A stretch of 64,000 bases of DNA from Anthoceros angustus (lineage: Eukaryota > Plantae > Anthocerotophyta): assembly GCA_010909165.1 (NCBI GenBank), contig VJWM01000025.1:2790001-2854000 (forward strand), given 5' to 3'. Below, in pieces: positions 46,497 through 59,363 of the stretch. Under the pieces are notes generated by a model. That model saw only the letters and a list, made by a program, of their open reading frames with translations, made no database searches and was not told where the DNA came from. Numbering within the stretch: the first letter of the stretch is position 1; each line of letters begins with the position of its first letter. The translations under genes were made by a program, and so were the position numbers.

Positions 46497-49250
46497 TATT
46501 CTGCTTTTTGGTCACTTGGATCGTCCATCTCTGGCTGAATAATAACTAAGGCATATCAAACGTTTACTCTAATACCATAATTATAATTGACCCCCATTGT
46601 GAAGACAAATTATGGCAAGCAATAGTTCTATTAGAACTCCACATAGCCCAATGTCTCACAAAGACTGACTAGCCCCCTATTGCTATATTTTATCATAGGT
46701 AATAAAAAGTAAATTGGAGAGCACTAGCCATCTAATCAGGTGAACTTTTGGCACACAACCCTCTTCGAGCTCTCAACACTAGGGTCCCTTTAATCTCAAC
46801 ACTCTAAGTTCTGATAACCAATTCACATGACGTATGAGAAAGTATCCCTTTCGCCTGCCCCAACCCCTTATACAAAAAGGTGTCATGTTGTTCAACAACA
46901 TAGCTATCCATAGTCCTAAGCACAACTCCTAGGCTAGGCAAAATTGGGAAGTGGATAGTTGCCTACTAAGATGGATGCATAGACTAATCTAGAAGCTAAA
47001 GTCTATGAACCGGAATAACAAAAATGCACCCTCCTCCATAGCAAAAGCCCTATTAGAACATCGAACTTGTAAAAGATAAAGGTGTAGATTGAGTATGAAA
47101 GACAAATATTAGGAATCCTCCTGACTTGGGTTTTATATATGTATATATATATGTATAGCTGTTCCCATTTTTCGGTATTAGCTAACAAACTCTTGAGGAC
47201 ATATATTCCAATTGTTTGCTGTGAGCCGCAAAGATAGGAAGCGATAGAGGTCAAATGCGATTTGTGTGGAGTGCATGCCCTCATCCTAGCTGTGAGGATG
47301 GCTCTTGGTGGCATGGTGGTTGTATAAATGAGTAGGGTTGTCAAGCCCTAACTAAGCAAAAGGCCAACACCCAAGCCCAGTTTTGAACATATGGACAGTC
47401 TTTGCGTGATAGTATTGTCTCACCCAGGCCTTTCCCTTGCCTTTCAATCCAGTATTTTGTATCTGATCGCTATTTCGCATGTGCATATTGACCGTGAAGT
47501 CTTGATTTTAAGTGTGTGTGCATAGCCATTTATGCACACTAGGTTGTTTTGGACGTACATGCCTCTTTGCTAGAGGACAAGCAGCCAGGCATCAGCCTAT
47601 CTTTCCTTGTCACACATAGCTTCGTCGTAGCTTGTATCAATGATATTTACGGTGTTTGCATACCTTCATGAGTGCAGGTATGAGACGTTTAGTGGCATAT
47701 CAACAATCTTATGAGAAGAAGAAAGGTCTAACCCATGTTTAGTTTTGTAGGTCTAGCCTGAACCACTTGGTCTTGAGAGACAGCCCTAAAGCAGGCTAGA
47801 GCCAAGATCCATACCCACATCCCACAACTGGCACCCCCGGTGAGACCTGCTGCAGAGTAGCAAGCATGACTGAGTTTATCGATCCTATGTGGCATGTGTA
47901 GATTGCTTGGCTGACCTCCTTGTTTATCGGGTGGGTCGAACTTCCAATTTCTTGATAAGGTGTGGTGATACGATTTTGGTGGCGTGACTTTAGGTGCTGT
48001 TGTTCAGGGTTGAAACAAAGGCTTGAAGCCTGCTGCCATGCTGAATAACGCGCTCACCAACTTCAAGTTGCTACGTCTATGTCGGGATTTCTTGCATGGA
48101 TTTAAGTTTCGAAGGAGAACTTGTCTGCATGAGAAGTTTTCCCTATAAGAAGATATATTGTGTTGAGGTTTAAGAAGTACCACAATGTCTCCAACTTTTG
48201 AGGAAGCTTGTTTGAAAGGGGATGAAGAAGGGATTCATCAACTATTGACGTGGGCTCCCATGCCTAATGGGTGAGCTCCTTGTCTTGATCAGGGGAGCTA
48301 CGTGCCCAAGGGGCATGGCCTAGGGTGTGCTAGTTGTGAGGCGAGGGCGCCTCACAAACGTAGGAGGAGGTGGCCAGCCATCTTTAGCGCACTCCTCTCG
48401 AAACAGCAAGTGCCCCTCAACAAACGGGATAATTTCGGAAGGTTGGATTTTTGTGGAGGGATGAGCCCAATGATCCAAGCAAGCGGTGATCCCTCCTGCC
48501 CAAGCTGTGACTTAAAACCAGGAGCTGCATATATTTGCTCAAGCGGAGGGTATCAACCAGCTTCTCTTCCTCACGTTGCTGTGAGTGGAAGCTGTGCTAC
48601 CATCTGATTGTGGACGCTCCTCGTCATGTCCTAGTAGCGTGTGTAGTTGTCTCACCCCCATTGCCTCCTATCTGCCTGCCCATGAGCTCGTTGGAAGGAG
48701 TACTTAGTTGATAAGTGGTTTTGTCAGATAGGTACATGTGTGGGCTTTAGTTGCAAGTTGGGTAGTTGCATTTTCATGCATCGCTTCCTCCTTGTATTCC
48801 ATGTAGCTGGAGAACTAGAGTGAGGAGCTCTTGCCAACAGCCCATCTGTATCATTACTAGGGATTACAAGCTTATGTATTACAAATGTGTTTTGTAAAGT
48901 AATGCCAATATTGTCCGGCCGTGTTGAATTCCAGTGACGTATAAGTGAAGGGCTGTCTACGTTTTGCCCTTAAGTGTAAGTGAAGGGCTGTCTACGTTTT
49001 GCCCTTAAGTGAGAACGACATCTCACATGTACAAAAAGCTTGTTTTCATAAACCATTGCTTGTGTAAAAACTGGCAATACCCCTTCATTGGTAAGGAGTA
49101 ACATATGTATACTGGGGTTAGCTATTTAGGTGGAAGGTTCACAATACGCAAACCCGGTACAAACTGCAATATGCAGTACATATGCGCCTTTAGGCAGGCC
49201 GGATAGCGGGAGCTGTATATTGCTACTATACAATTGTCTATGCAAATGCG

Positions 49251-52200
49251 CTACGGAAGGATAGATCTGTAAGCAGAAAGATGGCCTTCGACTGCGGTCG
49301 AGTCCCATGACACGTCAGCGGTCATGCCATTCCTTTGCAGAGTAGTCCAGGCTTCTGGATTCTGACTCTGCAAATGGAGAGGCTGGTCATGAGAACACCA
49401 TAGCAAAAGCAGATGAGCCCCGCACTACAGGCGCTGACAAGGAATACTGACCTGAAGATCCAAGGCGCGACGTAAAGCAGAGGAAACGTCTGGTCCTGTG
49501 TTGGAGTAGAATGTGAATCCTGTCCTCTTGGACATGTCTTGGCTGGTGTCATTCACATCAACGACGCTGCCATGATACCCACAGTTAGAATACAGACAGT
49601 GCTAGAAGCATCACCAACGAATCCACAGGTAGCCACGTGATGCATGTCTGTCGATGATCTCAAAAAGTTGCAGACCTGCCCTGCTGACCGGCAATTTTCC
49701 TCGTCACTGGAAGGGCTCCATACTTCATGGCAATCAGCTGCAAATACGGGTGATGAGAGGATGAGGCCATCCGTCACCAGCTCTCGAGTATTTTTCTAAC
49801 AGATAGATACTGAAGGAAGAATATACTAACAGGTGACTGATCCGTTGGTTCCAGGACAGAAGCACAAACGAAAATATCACTTGCAGCCATAACCAAGTGC
49901 ACAAGTGCATCATTGTACTTCAGCGCAAACCCAGCGTTTAGAGTCTGAAATGCAGAAACCGGAAGCAGTTAGCATTCTAGTAACTACCCAAGGGGTAAGA
50001 TCTACAACCCAGAAACATCACCATGGAGCCCATTCTGCATATTTACCTTGCAATCTCTCTGAAGATCCTCGAGAACCAGCTGTATTCGTGGACTCTTACT
50101 TGCACCGACGAATACAAACTGCAAGCACAGAGTTTCATCTGAGAAATCAGTGGCTACAATGACTAACATATTACCTCCATAAGTCAAAAAGAGACCGACC
50201 TGAATACGTCTTTCTAACGCGCAGTCCAATGCTGCCTTAACCAATGCCAGCTCCAATTCCGACACCTGAGGCACTATGCAGCCCACCTGCATTTGCAAAT
50301 GTCCAGCTTCACTCCGTCCAGAGCCTCACCATAGGGATGTGATAACACAGACACCTTGTACTAAAGTCCTCACCAGTGGTTCATCCAATTCTGATGCTGG
50401 AAGCGACAAGAACTGTCTCAAGTCCACCTTGCAACGAGCCTTCCCAGAAAGATCGTCAATTGAAAAAGTCCAAGGGAGCAGGCTATCTTTGGCCGGGTTC
50501 CAGACAGACTCATCCAAACCGTTGAATATTCCAACAACTTTGTTTCTGCCATCAGCCAGAGCTTCAGAATGAAAGTTACAACTGAAACATCCCCAACGTA
50601 TTGTTCAGGGGAAACAATCAAAGTATCAACACTCACTTATTTGAAATGAGTGTCGCATCAAGGCCATGACCAAACTCGCGAGTCATAGAGTCCCTCAAAT
50701 AAATCGGAGAGACTGTGGTGACTTTGTTAGAGTACACAATACCTCCCTGAATCCACGTGAATACTCAAGTTGATGAAATTGAAGATGCAACACCTCCACA
50801 AATGTTGATTTATAGACAGTAGCAGTTCACCGCAAGGACTCACTTTCAAAATGTTCACATATCTGGGCTCCAGGTTGTCTTGCAATCGATCAGCTCGGTG
50901 CAATTGCAGTGGATCAAGACCACATAGAGCAAGTTTTTGAGGTTCTTGGAGGCACTGCAGACCAAAGTCTTCAAGATTTTGCAACATCTCATTCGTACAA
51001 GCCAAAGGTGTACCTCCAGCTCCTTATACATCTACCCTGCACGGACGAGCTTAACAGGAATTACCTGATACTTGAAATTGTGGCAGGTGAACACGACACG
51101 GGTACTTCCAAGACCCTGAAACAGACATCGTGCAACTCAGATACGCATACAATACATCATTCTCATTCAATGACAATACATCACTCAACCAAAGTCTGAA
51201 TCAACAAAAGTATGAGGACCTGATTAGCATAGATGTCCCAAAACAGAGGGGCAACGGCGGCAGTCTGCCAATTGTGTAGATGTAGTACGTTAGGCTGTTT
51301 TCCAGACTTCAGGAGGTATTCTAGTGATGCTCTTGAGAAATAAGCAAACCTGCGAACCCATACGTGTTATAACGGAAAGCAGAACGTGTAGCTGCTAGTT
51401 AGCCTGCAAGCATCTCTGGGAAGGTGTCGTAACTTCAGGACCAAACTGGGAGCTCAGTCTAGGGTCCATTTGCTTACCTCTCAAAGTCATCTTCATAGTC
51501 ATAAAGCTTAGAACGAGAGAACCACCCACTTGGATGCAAAGGCTCGAAGAAAGTGACAGGAATGCCATACACAGTTCTGCAAAAAGAACAAGACGATGAA
51601 AGGGACTTACGAACAAGAGGGACCAGAAAACAGAGCGTGGAAGATCAAGACCGGGGGCCTCCATCACATCATTAAGTGAACCCAGACACAAAGGACCGGT
51701 CCGAGGTGTGTGAAGCAAGCTTTTCCCACAAACATCATACCCTGTCCACAGCTTGTTCTTATGCCACCCTCCAGCAAAAAATGAGTACAGATCCGCTTTG
51801 ATCTCCGTCAGATTGTTGACCTGGCTCAAATCCAGTGACTCGTACCTGCAACACATGACGTTCCAGATTACGCTTCCCATCTGTGCATAGCATTCCAACT
51901 CAGCATCAAGAAACAGGAACATTTTGAAACCACTAGTACATCAAGACCGTAGAAATCTAGATAGATTATGAAATCCGTACCACAAGGTACACTTACTTTG
52001 GCAGAAAGACCTCCACTAGATGACCTTTGCGTTGCAGAGCACGACACAAGGAAGTTATGTAAGTTGCAAGGTTCCCAGACACCGCAACTGGATGCATCTC
52101 TGTACAAATGTGTACAATATGTAATTTCTGCCTGCACCAAAGCCAAATCATGAAAATACCAAAACAACCCACCAACGTTGAAAGACACTGACAAGTCGCT

Positions 52201-54848
52201 ACGTTTCTCCTGCACTATCCAGTCCCAAATCCAGTCTGCTTTCACTTTCACCACACTCATGGGCAATACCTTCGGCCTTGGTCCAATAGCATTAGGATTT
52301 GACTGGCTAGATCCCTTTCATCCGCTATATCTTGTGCTGATAGCTTGGCAAAGTGTTCAGCAGCTTCCACATCCCTAGTACAGACAAGCCTTCGCAGAGC
52401 TTTTCCCTGATCGATCTTGATGGCGCCTGTCATTATCAGGGCATCTATCTGCTGGAGGAGTTCACTCCACACAGCTGCTGGGAATGACGACTCACTGAAT
52501 TCTCTCCGACCTGCAGTTCGAAGTTTAGATGGATACATTTCCACATTTCTCCTGCATAAAAAGGGTATCTCAAAAAAGTCCTTGACAAGGACCATACCTT
52601 GGGTAGCGGAAGCAAGTTCTGTAGCCCGTATTTTGCCCTGCAGAACATCACATTCAGCAACAGCGGCCTGATTCTCTGCCTCCAATTGCGCTACTCTGGC
52701 AAGCAGCAACTCTTTGTCCCTCTCACTCCGCTGCAACTCTTCCACTGCCATCAACCGCTGCTTGTTGAGCTGCAGTATGTCTGCGAGGAACGCGACAAGG
52801 TCAAGCTAGGGACGACGTCATACGGAGAGCGTGCAAACAGCGCAAAGTGCGAATTAAAGCTCACTTTGTTGGGCATCATTGAACAACTTCACCAGGTCCC
52901 CGTTGGTGGGTACTTTCATCTTCTCCTGAGCGGAATCAGGTAACTGCACACGACGTTTGGGAACTACGCTTAACGTCCACAGTTCCAGCGCTTGACAATT
53001 AGAATAGCGAAACAACAACCCACACGTACCTTCAAAGCTTGAATACCATTTCCTACACCCCTCCTGCCAAATCAACAATGCAACACTTCAAAACACTGTG
53101 TGTGCCTATTTGCCACGGAGTGCGTCTGTCTCATCCCTTCCAGCTGCGGCGTTCACATTCAGAAATTCATCGGCTAATGCTCGTCGAGCTCATACGATGC
53201 GTACCATGAAACAGATGACGATGAGAGGCTCAGAAGCATTCTGTCCGACCCTGGCAAAACACGTCTCTGAGCTGCAGGGTGGAACCTTCAGGTGCAGGAG
53301 CTCAAGACCAGATGCAGGAGCTCGAAACCAGTTCCAGCACCTCACACAAATCAATTCCTTCTCCCTCTGCAGATGCTGGTCTGTTATTGGACAAATTTTG
53401 CCCAAAAATGGCGCCTACTTCAGACGACTCCTCCTGTCAGAAAACCAACGGTATCAGAGCTCCCGCGGCCCTCCACTGTGTCATATGTAGATGGAATTTC
53501 CAGGCCCCAGGGAGAGCGAACAACCTCATCCACCCCTATTATCTAAGCCTCCGTGTGGAAACCGCATTATTCACTAACGGGAATCGCAGAGGTCCCACAT
53601 GAAGCACGGTTGGTCTCTCTGTACATATGTATAAGCCTACACGTGCAAATATCTCATTGTCTAATTGCTGAAAATGACGACTGCAACTTTGTCTGGCACA
53701 CGACTGTTGTACATATGTACACACATACATACATAAGCAGCAAAATGCATGCATCCTGGCTGGATCGGAAAGGTATGGATGGGGCGAGACTGAAATTTTC
53801 ACCCTCCAGAATTGCATCTTCCATCCAGGTTTGCTCTCCTCGTGACACAGGAAGTACAGTAGTAACAATGAGCCTCCCAGGGAAACCTCTCTGCCGTTTT
53901 GACGATTACCGATTGTTCCGCTTATCAAAGGTGATGCGCATTCTGGGCCGGTCGTACAGGAGATTATCGGTAAAAGCATACATAACACAGGAGGGATATG
54001 GTAGATACAACACACTGGCTTTCAGACTGCAACCAGAAGAGTGTTTCAGCTCCTTGCCACTCTAGACCTTGAAGCTGGTTTATCAAAATGGTTGGATGGT
54101 GTTGCTCACCTCCAAGGAGTACTAGAGATTGCTCGAGATGCTTACTGAGCTGCTTGATATATTGTAGACGCAAGCAGCCTAGAAGCGCCGTTGCCCAAGT
54201 GTGCGACCTTGAGGAGCGAGGCCTTCTTTCAGTGTCCATGAGTGTTCATTTGGCAAGCTCGAACCTAACATTGGCCACGGAAGAAGCAGAGGGAATGACC
54301 ACAGCGAAGTCCGTAGACAAGGCCTACCTGTTCAGACCCCTGGCCAACTTAGTGCAGGTCTTACTCGGTACTTCAGCAAGGTAGATGTGGACGCACTATG
54401 ACGGTGGTTCGATGTTTTTAGGTCTCAAACCGAATGCAGAGCGATGTTAGACGGTAGACAACGAAGCAAATCGCACGAAACGCAAACCTTGGCGGCGAGA
54501 CGCAGTACGTTGGACGAGGGTTACGAACGGACACTTAGAGCAAGGCAAGTGGGAGAGACTCATGACGTGACAAAAATAGAGACTCATTCCATGCCAGGAA
54601 TTGGAAACATGTGAAGGCAGGAATCGGAAACCACCAGCACAGAGGAAAGAAGTCCAAACTGATCACGCAAAACTCCACCAAATTCTCACCAAAAACACTT
54701 TCAGTAGAAGATGAACGGAAGCCGTCCACGAGCCAATCGAGCCGTGCCCGGAACACAGTTTGTGCAACACACCACTGGCCCGGGTCGAAACGGCCTGGAC
54801 GCAGATGAGCCCTAGCAAACACGCGTTCCATGTCGGCTCAGGCTCCAT
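49251..54848 (-). CDS. SS5: Starch synthase 5 (non-canonical), with N-terminal coiled coil, GT5 and GT1 parts; 5' end uncertain
   Basis: LHIVHICTEMHPVAVSGNLATYI; EVFLPKYESLDL; LCGLDPLQLHRADRLQDN; GMDESVWNP; final exon MTADVSWDSTAVEGHLSAYRSILP*. Confidence 0.88.
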
Positions 54849-55968
54849 GGTGAACCTATCTCAAGGAGCATGTGACCGTAGCACCCCGCAGGAGTCTCGA
54901 AACCGCAACCCTCACCCCAACCGGCATCAAATATCCCTTGAACGCGACGGGGACATGCGTCGCATGCTGAGGAAGGTGGGCAGGCTGCGGACAAGAGGAG
55001 CTTCAGAATGCGAGAATCCACTTCAGGCCGATGGAGCTGGAAAGACACTCTTCCTTTCCGCACCTGCACAGCTACAAGTTGGGGACGTTCTGGAAGTAAG
55101 ATAGTGGGGCCTGTGCCCTCCAGCGATTCCGGGACGAACTCGTCCGATCCTCAACAGCCATTTGCCGGAGTAGTTTTCAGCTCTTCGCTTCCATTCGGTT
55201 TAGGGTTTGGACCCTAGTGCTTGGTTGGTATGCTCGAGGGGGTGTCGTGGACCATATTCGCTTCTCTCTGTTTCCATCCATGTCGTACATCTGTGATCGA
55301 GGTTAATTCAATGGGTCCTTTGTGATCAAGAAACTACCTTGATAGGGTATTTCCATAGGCCCCTCTTTTGATGGGGTTTTATCATAGCAAGATCTTGGTA
55401 ACCAAAATCATCCTTCTCTTTGATATTATTGACCAAGAGTTCTTATTACCACTATACTCATACAAGGGAGGTTCAGTTGGTTTTCTCTCTCATTTTTATT
55501 TCGTTTGTGTTCTTTTGGTGATCTTTACATATCCATTATTTTGGAGTTATCCACATTATTGGATATTCATGTGATTTCACGTAAATTTTGGTTATCTCGA
55601 CTCTAACAGCCATATTTGGTACTATACATCTCTACTCACTCCTTGCTCTTAATTATGCTACCAATCGAGGATCCCGCAAAAACTCTTAATGTTCCTACCA
55701 ATTATGGATCCGCTAGGAGAAATTCATAATAGACCTCCATATTGCCAGTGAGGGTCCTCACTCCTTGTTCTTAATTCTTCTTCCAATTGTGGGTCCGTTG
55801 GAAGAAATCGACCTTCATGTTGTTAGTGTGGGTCCTTGTTCTCGATTCTCCTACTATTTGTGATGGATCTCCATATTGTCAGTGCTAGGTCCTCATTCCT
55901 TGCTCGTAATTCTCCTACCAATTGTGATAGACCTCCATATTGTCATTGTTGCCACTGCTTGAAGAGTA

Positions 55969-56237
55969 TACATCTTCAATGTGTGCATCACCTATATCTT
56001 GATCCCCATGCAAACATAATTGAGATCTTCAATTTGTGCACCACTTATATCTTGATCCCCACGATGGTGGATTGCTTGACGATGATGATATGGTCAATAG
56101 GGCTACATCTTCAATGTGTGCATCACCTATATCTCGATCCCCATGCAAACATTATTGAGATCTTCAATTTGTGCACCACCTATATCTTGATCCCCACGAT
56201 GGTGGATTGCATGACGATGATGATATGGTCAATAGGG
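55969..56237 (+). repeat. 135-bp tandem duplication (2 copies); degenerate shorter repeats at 55650-55950
   Basis: tacatcttcaatgtgtgcatcacc... starts at 55969 and at 56104. Confidence 0.92.
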
Positions 56238-56449
56238 CCTCATTGCAGCAAATAACCAACTGAACTAGCTGATAAGGCTTGGTTGCCCAAGTGTTGCCTT
56301 TCTTGAACCCAAGGTAGAACATTGGGTTGAACTCATTTCTCTATAATAGTGAATCTATGGACACGGACACACGCTGCCCTTTACGGACACAATGTTAGAT
56401 AACAGCTTCTACCTTTCTCTATTTTTATTGAATCTAATTTTCTAGTTAA

Positions 56450-57808
56450 TCACCAATGAATATCTCGATCCTCATGATCATCGTATGCATTCAAAATGTT
56501 GTTACTCACACCATCAGTAGTACTATGGCTATCATCATCATCAGCATTATCCTCATCATCATCATTCAAATCATTATTTACTTTATCAAAATATATCTTA
56601 TCATGGAGCCACCACATACTTATAGCACTTATTTCCATCTTGTGATAGTCATCGATAGGACCTATTAAAGTCTCACAAAGTGAGTATGAAGGCTCTTCAC
56701 CCTCTATAAAAAAATTTACTCCACATACAGCACATAACATGTTAGAATCTTCAATTTTAAACTGATTTGCCAAACATTTCAAATGAAAAGGGTGATTACA
56801 TGAAGTTGAGGAGACCCAATAATTAATTGCCAAGGGACACCTACATATGAAACAAATCCTTTGTAGCTCTAAATGGGCCAATGCTTCATCCTTGAACATT
56901 TCAAGATGTCTTATAATAAAGTCATAAGAGTAATCTGGATGTTTCTTGAAGTTATACCATTCGTCACCACGTGCTACATCCCCATGACTTAAAACCCTTT
57001 CTATCTCATCATCTCTTGATTCTATGCATTTTTGATAAGCTAAGTACCATGTGACCTCATGTTTTACTTCGCAACTATCCATATCCTCATTAAGATATAC
57101 AAAATCTAAGGGGTCACCCAATAGATCAGGTCTGATTTTATATTCATTCAAGGCACCATAACAATTCTGGAACAATGTTTGAGGATCACCACATGCTATG
57201 CGTTGGCTGCATTGTGGACATGTGACAAGTGGGAGCTGCACCAAACCTGGGGGGTCTGGCACTGCATATTCAACCATACACTGTACATGAAAAAAATGCC
57301 TACAAGGATCATATCTTGCCCACTCATCCATGTCCAAAGTTTCGTAGCAAATGATGCATTTGTCTTCGTTTTCATTAACTTGCCTTTCCGAATTTTCATT
57401 TTGTATTAACTCATTATTAATTTGCTCTTTTTTCTTACGTTCTTTATCCTTCTTTTTTATGTTTAATATTCGAAGTTTTATCTTTACCGCACGGTTACCA
57501 CGTTCCCTTGGTAGTCTGTTCATTGGGGTGGGATAGGAAAGATCACATTCAGCTTTACACGTGGTACATGTTGGGACTCCCTTGGTAAAAAACCATCTCG
57601 CTATGCAATCCACATGCGAACAATGTCCACATGGTTGTAACTTTACCCATCTCTTTCTCTTGTGATTTCTCACGGACTCACAGCACATATTACATTTGTC
57701 ATCCATGGGATCCATGTTGTCATCATCTTCGTCATCATTATTACCTTTACTCTCCATGCTTATGTTGCTAACGTCAGAGTCCTTGTCCTCCTCCATATAG
57801 TCCGTCAT
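56450..57808 (-). CDS. Intronless 452-aa protein with three RING-H2 domains and acidic termini
   Basis: CNMC..PCGHCSHVDC..CTTC; CIIC..PCRHFFHVQC..CPQC; CFIC..SCNHPFHLKC..CAVC. Confidence 0.88.
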   Translation of the reverse strand: MTDYMEEDKDSDVSNISMESKGNNDDEDDDNMDPMDDKCNMCCESVRNHKRKRWVKLQPCGHCSHVDCIARWFFTKGVPTCTTCKAECDLSYPTPMNRLPRERGNRAVKIKLRILNIKKKDKERKKKEQINNELIQNENSERQVNENEDKCIICYETLDMDEWARYDPCRHFFHVQCMVEYAVPDPPGLVQLPLVTCPQCSQRIACGDPQTLFQNCYGALNEYKIRPDLLGDPLDFVYLNEDMDSCEVKHEVTWYLAYQKCIESRDDEIERVLSHGDVARGDEWYNFKKHPDYSYDFIIRHLEMFKDEALAHLELQRICFICRCPLAINYWVSSTSCNHPFHLKCLANQFKIEDSNMLCAVCGVNFFIEGEEPSYSLCETLIGPIDDYHKMEISAISMWWLHDKIYFDKVNNDLNDDDEDNADDDDSHSTTDGVSNNILNAYDDHEDRDIHW

Positions 57809-58892
57809 TTCTCACGATTTAGATTTGTTGTTATACTATGAACCTAGTTTTTCAAAGATAAGCTCAAGAATATATATAGGTATTTAGTCTTAGATGTTAT
57901 GGACTTTCTTCATTTTTTGAAAGATATTTTCAAGAAGACATATATTTACTCTTAGATGTTATGCACTTTCCAATTTTTCAAAGATAAGTTCAAGAATACA
58001 TATATTCACACTTGGATGTTATAGACTTGTTTCATTAAAAAAATTGATGTCCTTCCCTATCAATGATGTATTTGTTCATATACTTCTTTACTTGTTATAA
58101 TTAAGGTCATTCCAATGACTATCTCATCAACTTCCACCCCGTATGTTTGTCTTTATTATTATATGTTGGAAATCTTTTGAAGGTCCCTTAAAACTTCCTT
58201 ATACTATGTACGATTGTAATGAAGCGAGGAGATTGCTTGGTTGAGAAACCATGAAGTCAACAAATATTGGTTATATTCATTGACTACCATATGAATATAT
58301 ATGATTTTACAATATAATATAACACAGACAAAGGTTTATAAAACACCTTCCTCTTTCTTCCGTTTTGCTAGTGAAATTTTTTAATTTATGGAGCCTCAAT
58401 TATATAGAAACCCTGGAATATGTTTTTTGGTAGAGTGCAACCCCTAGAATATAACTTTGAGCATATTTCAATTTGCATGAATGTATTTTATTTCTAAAAA
58501 TAAAATATCAAAAATCATTCATATCCTATATAATTCATGTATTTTATCTATTCTCAAGAAAAATAGAGTTCATAGATATAGTATAAATAATTTTAACTAA
58601 AAATATTTAAATAATAATACATATTTATAATATCTAAGGATTAGTAATACTTTTAGATTACCTATAATACTAATTTTATGTTATAGTTTTATAAAAATAA
58701 ATTTTATAAAATATATATTAATACGGGTAGATACAATATCCCCAGTCCATTTTATCTTATTACTAATATCCCATTTTTCTTGATCCAAAGTGGTAATGAA
58801 GTCATTCTTAACTAGTAATTATATATTGTATTTTAGAATATAAATTATACTATTTAAACATACTGACCATTAATTAGAGGTTAAAGAGAATA

Positions 58893-59237
58893 CCGTACCT
58901 CGAAGGGTGGTTCAACAGGATAATGCCGAAATAATTATTTTTTGAAAAAAACAAGGTTCAACATAAATATTTATATTTTCAAATTTCAACATTTACAAAA
59001 ATAATTTTATCAAATTTCAACATTTATTAAAATATATAGGTATATATAAAACTAATGGATATGTATAGATCTCCCCTAAATAGGCCCTAATTTTCCACAC
59101 AAACCCTAGTTTCCTTATTTTCGGCATCATAAACTCATAAATTTTTACCTATTCAACATTTTAAGTATAATAATTTCTGGATTTTCAACTTTTACTAATT
59201 TTAATTAATTAATGCCGAATCACCCCTTGGGGTACGG
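58893..59237. mobile_element. Tc1/mariner-type MITE (345 bp) with TA TSD
   Basis: TA|CCGTACCTCGAAGGGTGGTTC ... GAATCACCCCTTGGGGTACGG|TA: 21-nt TIRs with 4 mismatches and an AT-rich interior. Confidence 0.8.
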
Positions 59238-59363
59238 TAGTTTAATTATCTCAGATATTACGACGGCCAGAACGAAATTCCTTATGGAAACCTGCATTGC
59301 TTCAGATTTACTTTGTACAAAAATTATGAAAATATATAACGTCTCAGGAGATGGGCGAAATTG

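Noticed and set aside
44200-48900. Short ORFs in TE-like intergenic DNA
   Set aside because: No recognisable RT, IN or transposase motifs; cannot be assigned.
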